From positions 135,229-199,228 of the forward strand of contig CP070837.1 in NCBI GenBank assembly GCA_020341815.1: a DNA stretch of 64,000 nt, given 5' to 3'. Below, one piece after another: positions 58,866-64,000 of the stretch. The stretch is from Candidatus Omnitrophota bacterium (GTDB taxonomy: Bacteria > Omnitrophota > Gorgyraeia > JAFGHF01). Each line of letters opens with the position of its first letter. The first letter of the stretch is position 1. Both the position numbers and the translations under genes were made by a program. Under the pieces are notes generated by a model. That model made no database searches, had not been told where the DNA came from, and saw only the letters and a program-made list of their open reading frames with translations.

Positions 58866-59894
58866 ATGGCTAAATGCGCAAAGATTGTGGGCACAGGTTC
58901 GTATTTACCTAAAAAGAAAATTAACAATGAACAGATGGAAAAGCTCGTGCGCAATTTTGATTATGAGCGGGCGGGTATGCCTTTTAGCCAATGGGTTGAG
59001 AAGGTGACCGGTATAAAAACGAGATACTTCGTGCAGGAGGAAGATACCGAAAGCATGGCTCGTGAGGCCTCCCTGCGGGCACTGGAGGCAGCGCAGATGA
59101 ATCCGGAGGAAATAGATTTTATTATTGTTTCCAGCTTTACGCCTACAAGGGATATTCCTAATTTAGCCTGTTCGTTGGGGGCCCTGATTGGGGCTCAAGG
59201 GGTCGGAGGTTTTCCTTTAAATGCGGCCTGCGCAGGATTCGTCTATGCTTTGTCTGTTGGATATGCCTTGATTAAATCCGATATATATAAAAATATTCTG
59301 GTGGTTTCTTCAGAAACCCTCTCACGGGTAACCGATTACGGCGATCCAACGACAGCGGTGCTTTTTGCTGACGGAGCGGGTGCGGCCATCTTACAGGCCT
59401 CAAGCCAAAGCGGCATTTGCAGTCCACCGTATTTAAGTTCAAGTTTTACCGACCACTTTGAATTGCGAAACTCAGATGCCTATGGCCCTGAGAATATAAA
59501 GGAGATAGAGGGGCAGGAATTTTTTCCGCGCAGCACCCTGCATATGCCCGGGGGGCCTCAGGTATTAAGGAAGGCGGTAAATGGAATGGCAGAGGCCCTG
59601 CTTAAGGCATTGGAGGCGAGTCCCTACGAACTAAAAGATTTGGATTTAATTATTCCTCATCAGGCAAATCGGAGAATTACTTACGGCCTGATTGAGAAAT
59701 TGAAAATCCCGGAAAGCAAGGTTTGCCGGGTTATTGATATGATTGGTAATACCTCAGGCGCCTCGGTAGCAATAAGTTTGGATATGGCCGCGCGCAATCA
59801 GCTGCCGGATGTAAAGATAAAGCGGGGCGATAAAATCGCCATGACCACAATCGGCGGGGGTTACAGCATAGGGTCAATCGTCTTCGAATATTGA
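58866..59894 (+). CDS. fabH: 3-oxoacyl-ACP synthase III family
   Basis: GTGSYLP, AACAGF, LFADGAGA, PHQAN, GNTS.AS. Confidence 0.85.
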   Translation: MAKCAKIVGTGSYLPKKKINNEQMEKLVRNFDYERAGMPFSQWVEKVTGIKTRYFVQEEDTESMAREASLRALEAAQMNPEEIDFIIVSSFTPTRDIPNLACSLGALIGAQGVGGFPLNAACAGFVYALSVGYALIKSDIYKNILVVSSETLSRVTDYGDPTTAVLFADGAGAAILQASSQSGICSPPYLSSSFTDHFELRNSDAYGPENIKEIEGQEFFPRSTLHMPGGPQVLRKAVNGMAEALLKALEASPYELKDLDLIIPHQANRRITYGLIEKLKIPESKVCRVIDMIGNTSGASVAISLDMAARNQLPDVKIKRGDKIAMTTIGGGYSIGSIVFEY

Positions 59895-60907
59895 TGAAAA
59901 AAATATTAATTTTATTTGCCGTCTTTGCGTCTTGTTCAAGTTGTAGTGAGTGCGCTCTGATTAAACAAACTAAGCCCGCCTTAGGCACTATTGTAGAGAT
60001 TACAGTCGCAGACAAAGATAAATCTCACGAGCTTCTTTACGGCGCAATAGAAAAGGCTTTTAGTGAGATAGAAAGAATAGAAGGGCTTTTTAGTAGATTT
60101 AGGCCCGAGAGCGATATTAGCCGAATTAACAATTATTCTTCTCTTAAGCCCATTAAGGTAAGCCCTGAGACAATAGAGGTGCTTGAGGATTCAATCAAAT
60201 TCAGTCGGCTTACCGATGGGGCCTTTGATATTACGATTTGCCCCTTAATGGAGGATTGGGATTTCAAAAGGAGAAAGATTAAAAGCTTGCCGCAGGATGC
60301 ACAATTGAAGGAGTCTTTAGATAAAGTAGGCTGGCAGAATATAAATATTATTAAGGAAAAGAGGGTTGTATCTTTTGGGCAACCGCAGATGAGTCTGGAT
60401 TTAGGGGGTATTGCCAAAGGTTATGCCGTGGATAAGGCCGTAGAGGTGCTTAAGCAGGAGGGGATTGATAACGCCTTAGTTAATGCCGGGGGAGATATCT
60501 ATGCCTTAGGCAAATGTAGTAAAGTTAATAAATGGCATATTGGTCTGCAGCATCCGCGCAAGCGCGATGCGATTTTGACGGTATTAGAGTTAGAGAACAA
60601 GGCCGTGGCTACATCCGGTGATTATCAAAAATATATTGAGATTAATAAAACACGCTATAGCCATATTCTTAATCCTGAATCAGGCTGGCCTGCCTCAAAG
60701 AACGCGATAAGCGTAACGATATTGGCCGATAATTGCACCAGCGCTGATGCTTTGGCTACCTCTGTATTTGCTTTGGGCCCAGAGAAGGGAATGAGTTTAG
60801 TTAATCGTTTAGAGAATACTGAGGCTATTATGGCTGGTTTTGAAGAGGATAAGTTGTGCTTTTGGCTTTCGGAAGGACTAAGAGAAAGAGTGAGGCTTAA
60901 TCAGTGA
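59894..60907 (+). CDS. apbE: FAD:protein FMN transferase
   Basis: GAFDIT, DLGGIAKGYAVD, ATSGDY, HI.NP, ADALAT. Confidence 0.93.
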   Translation: MKKILILFAVFASCSSCSECALIKQTKPALGTIVEITVADKDKSHELLYGAIEKAFSEIERIEGLFSRFRPESDISRINNYSSLKPIKVSPETIEVLEDSIKFSRLTDGAFDITICPLMEDWDFKRRKIKSLPQDAQLKESLDKVGWQNINIIKEKRVVSFGQPQMSLDLGGIAKGYAVDKAVEVLKQEGIDNALVNAGGDIYALGKCSKVNKWHIGLQHPRKRDAILTVLELENKAVATSGDYQKYIEINKTRYSHILNPESGWPASKNAISVTILADNCTSADALATSVFALGPEKGMSLVNRLENTEAIMAGFEEDKLCFWLSEGLRERVRLNQ

Positions 60908-61734
60908 ATAAGATACTCTTTAAAGAAGATTTGGCGCCCAATATAAAAAAGATTGTCCTGGAGGCTCCCTTTGTAGCAAAGAAGGCTTCGCCTGGTGAGT
61001 TTGTCGTAATTATTGTTGATGGACAAGGGGAAAGGGTGCCCTTGACAATTGTCGATAGCGATAAGAAAAAAGGCACGATTACCTTAATCTTTCAGGAAGT
61101 AGGAAAGACAACTTATAAGTTGGGAAAACTCAAAACAGGTGATGCGATTTTAAATCTTTTGGGCCCCCTGGGTAAAGCAGCAGAGATTAAGAAAATAGGC
61201 ACAGTAGTTACCGTAGGCGGAGGGGTGGGTATTGCTGAGGTTTATCCGCTTACCCGTGCTTTTAAGGAAGCGGGCAATTCGGTTATCTCTATTATCGGGG
61301 CAAGGTCTAAGAAGCTTTTAATTTTAGAGCAGGAATTGCGCAGCGTGAGCAACGAACTCTTTGTCACTACCGACGATGGAAGCTATGGCCGCGAGGGATT
61401 TGTCAGCGATGTCTTGGAGGAAGTAATGGCCTCTTCCAAGAAGCCGCAGCTGATTTATGCGGTAGGGCCGGTAGTGATGATGCGAGTAGTCTCTGAGCTT
61501 AGCCGTCCTTATAAGATAAAAACGCTGGTCAGCCTCAATCCGGTTATGGTTGATGCTACGGGGATGTGCGGCTCATGCAGGGTTTGCGTATGCGGAGAAA
61601 CAAAATTCGGTTGTGTGGATGGGCCGGAGTTTGACGGACACGAAATAGATTTTGCAGAGCTGGAGAAACGTCTAAAATTATTTTCGGAACAGGAAAAAAT
61701 AGCTATGGAGGGCTTAAAAATACATGCGACCTGA
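60904..61734 (+). CDS. NfnA/SudB electron-transfer subunit
   Basis: ERVPLT, GPLG, MVDATGMCGSCR, CVDGPEFDG. Confidence 0.9.
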   Translation: MNKILFKEDLAPNIKKIVLEAPFVAKKASPGEFVVIIVDGQGERVPLTIVDSDKKKGTITLIFQEVGKTTYKLGKLKTGDAILNLLGPLGKAAEIKKIGTVVTVGGGVGIAEVYPLTRAFKEAGNSVISIIGARSKKLLILEQELRSVSNELFVTTDDGSYGREGFVSDVLEEVMASSKKPQLIYAVGPVVMMRVVSELSRPYKIKTLVSLNPVMVDATGMCGSCRVCVCGETKFGCVDGPEFDGHEIDFAELEKRLKLFSEQEKIAMEGLKIHAT

Positions 61735-63112
61735 GATGCCCAGACAAGCGCCGGGAGAGCGGATTAAAAACTTCAATCCTGTAGCCTTAGGATTGACTCA
61801 GCAGCAGGCGCAGGATGAGGCAAAAAGATGCCTTAAGTGCAAGGCCTCACCCTGCGTAAAGGGCTGTCCCGTAGAGATAGATATAGTGGCCTTTATAAAA
61901 TTGATTGCGGAGGGGAAATTTACAGAAGCCGCTGAAAAAATAAAGGAGAAAAATAACCTTCCGGCAGTCTGCGGGCGGGTTTGTCCTCAGGAGGCGCAGT
62001 GTGAGCTTTGCTGTACTCTGGGGAAAAAGGGTAAGCCTATCGCTATCGGGGCGCTGGAGCGATTTGCCGCCGACTGGCAATTAAACCATCCGTCGGAAAA
62101 AAAGAAAAAAATTACTAAGAAAAGAAAAGCCGTAAAGATAGCGGTAGTGGGCTCAGGGCCTTGCGGGTTGACTTGTGCGGGAGATTTGGCTAAAATGGGG
62201 TATCAGGTAAGCCTTTTTGAGTCTTTGCATAAACCGGGAGGGGTATTGGTTTACGGTATCCCGGAGTTTCGCCTGGCCAAAAAGATTGTAGAAACAGAAA
62301 TCGATTATATTAAAAGTTTGGGTGTAACTCTTAAGGAAAATACCCTTATAGGCAAGACCTTTAGTTTAGAGGACTTGTTGAGTAAAGAGGGATATAAAGC
62401 CGTCTTTATTGCAGTGGGGGCGGGTCTTCCGCAGTTCTTAGGTATTCCCGGTGAGAACTTAGACCGGGTTTATTCCGCCAATGAGTTTTTGACGCGGGTC
62501 AATCTGATGAAAGCTTATCTCTTTCCTCAATATGACACGCCCATAAATATAGGAAAGCGAGTTGCAGTGATTGGCGGGGGAAATGTGGCCTTTGATTCGG
62601 CACGCTGCGCCATCAGGCTGGGGGCAGACGAGGTCTTTATTGTTTATAGACGCACAGAAAAAGAGATGCCTGCCAGAGTTGAGGAAATAGAGAATGCCAA
62701 AGAGGAAGGAGTAAAGTTTCATCTTTTGACCCTGCCGGTAAAAATAATGGGCGATATACGGGGATATGTCAAAGGTATGGAATGTTTAAAAATGCGCCTG
62801 GGCGAACCTGATGCCTCCGGCAGAAGAAGACCCCTTCCTATCGAAGGCTCAGAGTTTATATTAGATGTAGATACGGTTATAGTTGCCATTGGCCAGAGAC
62901 CCAATCCTTTACTGATCAAGGCCACCCCGGAGTTAAAAACCGCGAAAGGCGGAATTATCGCTATCGATGAGAAAACACAAAAGACAAATTTAGCCGGAGT
63001 ATATGCCGGAGGAGATATCACTACAGGCGCAGCTACGGTAATCAGCGCCATGGGTGCGGGAAAACGCGCAGCAGGCGCTATAGATAAATACATCAGGAGG
63101 CAACATGATTGA
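61724..63112 (+). CDS. NfnB/SudA (GltD-like) flavo-FeS subunit
   Basis: RCL.C...C..GCPV, CGRVCPQE.QC, YGIPEFRL, GGGNVA.D. Confidence 0.9.
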   Translation: MRPEMPRQAPGERIKNFNPVALGLTQQQAQDEAKRCLKCKASPCVKGCPVEIDIVAFIKLIAEGKFTEAAEKIKEKNNLPAVCGRVCPQEAQCELCCTLGKKGKPIAIGALERFAADWQLNHPSEKKKKITKKRKAVKIAVVGSGPCGLTCAGDLAKMGYQVSLFESLHKPGGVLVYGIPEFRLAKKIVETEIDYIKSLGVTLKENTLIGKTFSLEDLLSKEGYKAVFIAVGAGLPQFLGIPGENLDRVYSANEFLTRVNLMKAYLFPQYDTPINIGKRVAVIGGGNVAFDSARCAIRLGADEVFIVYRRTEKEMPARVEEIENAKEEGVKFHLLTLPVKIMGDIRGYVKGMECLKMRLGEPDASGRRRPLPIEGSEFILDVDTVIVAIGQRPNPLLIKATPELKTAKGGIIAIDEKTQKTNLAGVYAGGDITTGAATVISAMGAGKRAAGAIDKYIRRQHD

Positions 63113-63932
63113 GGAAACCAGGATTAGCCGGGCTATTATTAAGACAGCAGTCGATGATTTATTAAACTCTCTAGAGGTTGATGTAGGTATTGCCGGAGCC
63201 GGCCCTGCAGGCTTGACATGCGCTTACTATTTGGCAAAAGGCGGAGCCAAGGTAGTTATTTTTGAGCGTCGCCTGAACTATGGCGGGGGCATACCCGGAG
63301 GAGGCATGCTTTTTCCCCGTGTAGTTATTCAGGAGAAGGCCATACCTATTATAGAAGACATAAAGGTAAAAATAAAAGAGTTTGCCCCGGAGTTATATAC
63401 CGCTGATTCCGTAGAGATGGTGGCAAAATTAGGTACCGCTGCTATCGATGCGGGGGTGAGGATATTCCCCGCGGTCTTCGTGGAGGATGTAGTTATCCGC
63501 GAAAACGACAGAGTAGCCGGTCTTGTTTTGAATTGGACTGCAATACATATGTCCGGATTGCACGTAGACCCTTTAGGGCTTAAGGCAAAGTTTGTAGTTG
63601 ATGCCACTGGACATGAGGCCCAGATTGCCCGTATAATAGAGCGTAAAATATATGGCGCGAAGTTCAGGACGCCCACGGGTAAAGTTATGGGTGAGAAATC
63701 GATGTGGGCGAAAGAGGCGGAAGAAAAAATAGTGCAATATACGGATGAGGCCTATCCAGGCCTTTATCTTGCCGGAATGAGTGTCTCTGCGGTATATGGC
63801 CTGCCGCGGATGGGCGCTATCTTCGGAGGGATGCTTCTTTCGGGAAAGAAGACGGCGCAATTGATATTGCAGAGGTTAGAGGAAGAGGTAATTATATCAA
63901 GTAAGGATAGTAATCTGGCGGCCCACCAGTAA
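63105..63932 (+). CDS. thi4: THI4-family thiazole synthase, non-Cys (His) type
   Basis: GAGPAGL, GGGM, LHVDP, DATGH, PRMG..FGGML.SG. Confidence 0.88.
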   Translation: MIEETRISRAIIKTAVDDLLNSLEVDVGIAGAGPAGLTCAYYLAKGGAKVVIFERRLNYGGGIPGGGMLFPRVVIQEKAIPIIEDIKVKIKEFAPELYTADSVEMVAKLGTAAIDAGVRIFPAVFVEDVVIRENDRVAGLVLNWTAIHMSGLHVDPLGLKAKFVVDATGHEAQIARIIERKIYGAKFRTPTGKVMGEKSMWAKEAEEKIVQYTDEAYPGLYLAGMSVSAVYGLPRMGAIFGGMLLSGKKTAQLILQRLEEEVIISSKDSNLAAHQ

Positions 63933-64000
63933 TTCTGGTGAGGCTCGCCGAATTACTGTATAATAATCTGGCGGCCCACCAGTAATTCTGGTGAGGCTCG
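63908..64000. repeat. tandem hairpin repeat, 53-bp period, cut by the window end
   Basis: 63911-63947 identical to 63964-64000; unit folds GGCG.GCC.CACCAG/CTGGTG.GGC.CGCC. Confidence 0.75.

Noticed and set aside
3596-63860. Numerous minus-strand and nested ORFs in the ORF track (e.g. 4767-5600, 43782-44348)
   Set aside because: Shadows of well-supported + strand genes, with no recognisable motifs.
63911-64000. Possible CRISPR array
   Set aside because: Only two units are visible, the intervening 16 bp is too short and is part of the hairpin, and there are no cas genes in the window; kept only as a tandem repeat.
1-64000. tRNA, rRNA, integrase or transposase genes
   Set aside because: None recognisable in the intergenic gaps or the ORFs.

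Overview
Bacterial chromosomal segment in which every credible gene across 64 kb is on the + strand. The organism is probably an anaerobic PVC-related lineage such as Ca. Omnitrophota (inference from gene content and order). Most of it is housekeeping: a GspE/PilB ATPase, glycogen genes (GH57, glgC, glgA), leu/asd, the arg and dap/lys operons, folK-panC-nadA-nadX, uvrA, polA, rho, prfA/prmC, murA, rpsP-trmD-rplS-rnhB, polX, nfnAB and thi4. A few accessory genes interrupt these operons: a lipoprotein, an NTase plus a small partner, an adhesin/fibre-like protein, and an XRE + ImmA/IrrE pair. The most striking signal is a family of five small hairpin-bounded insertion elements (ATRAA|CCCCG...CGGGG-TGAA, 72-116 bp). 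Four sit exactly on the ATG of a translationally coupled gene (glgC, argJ, argG, glgA), where they rebuild a GTG start with a Shine-Dalgarno-like tract and carry overlapping mini-ORFs or an in-frame extension. The fifth is in frame inside uvrA. One copy shows compensatory stem changes. Other repeat types are also present: inverted heptamer arrays (some in frame in leuC and trmD), CACTGA/TCAGTG arrays, a GTAG REP, and a tandem hairpin at the window end.
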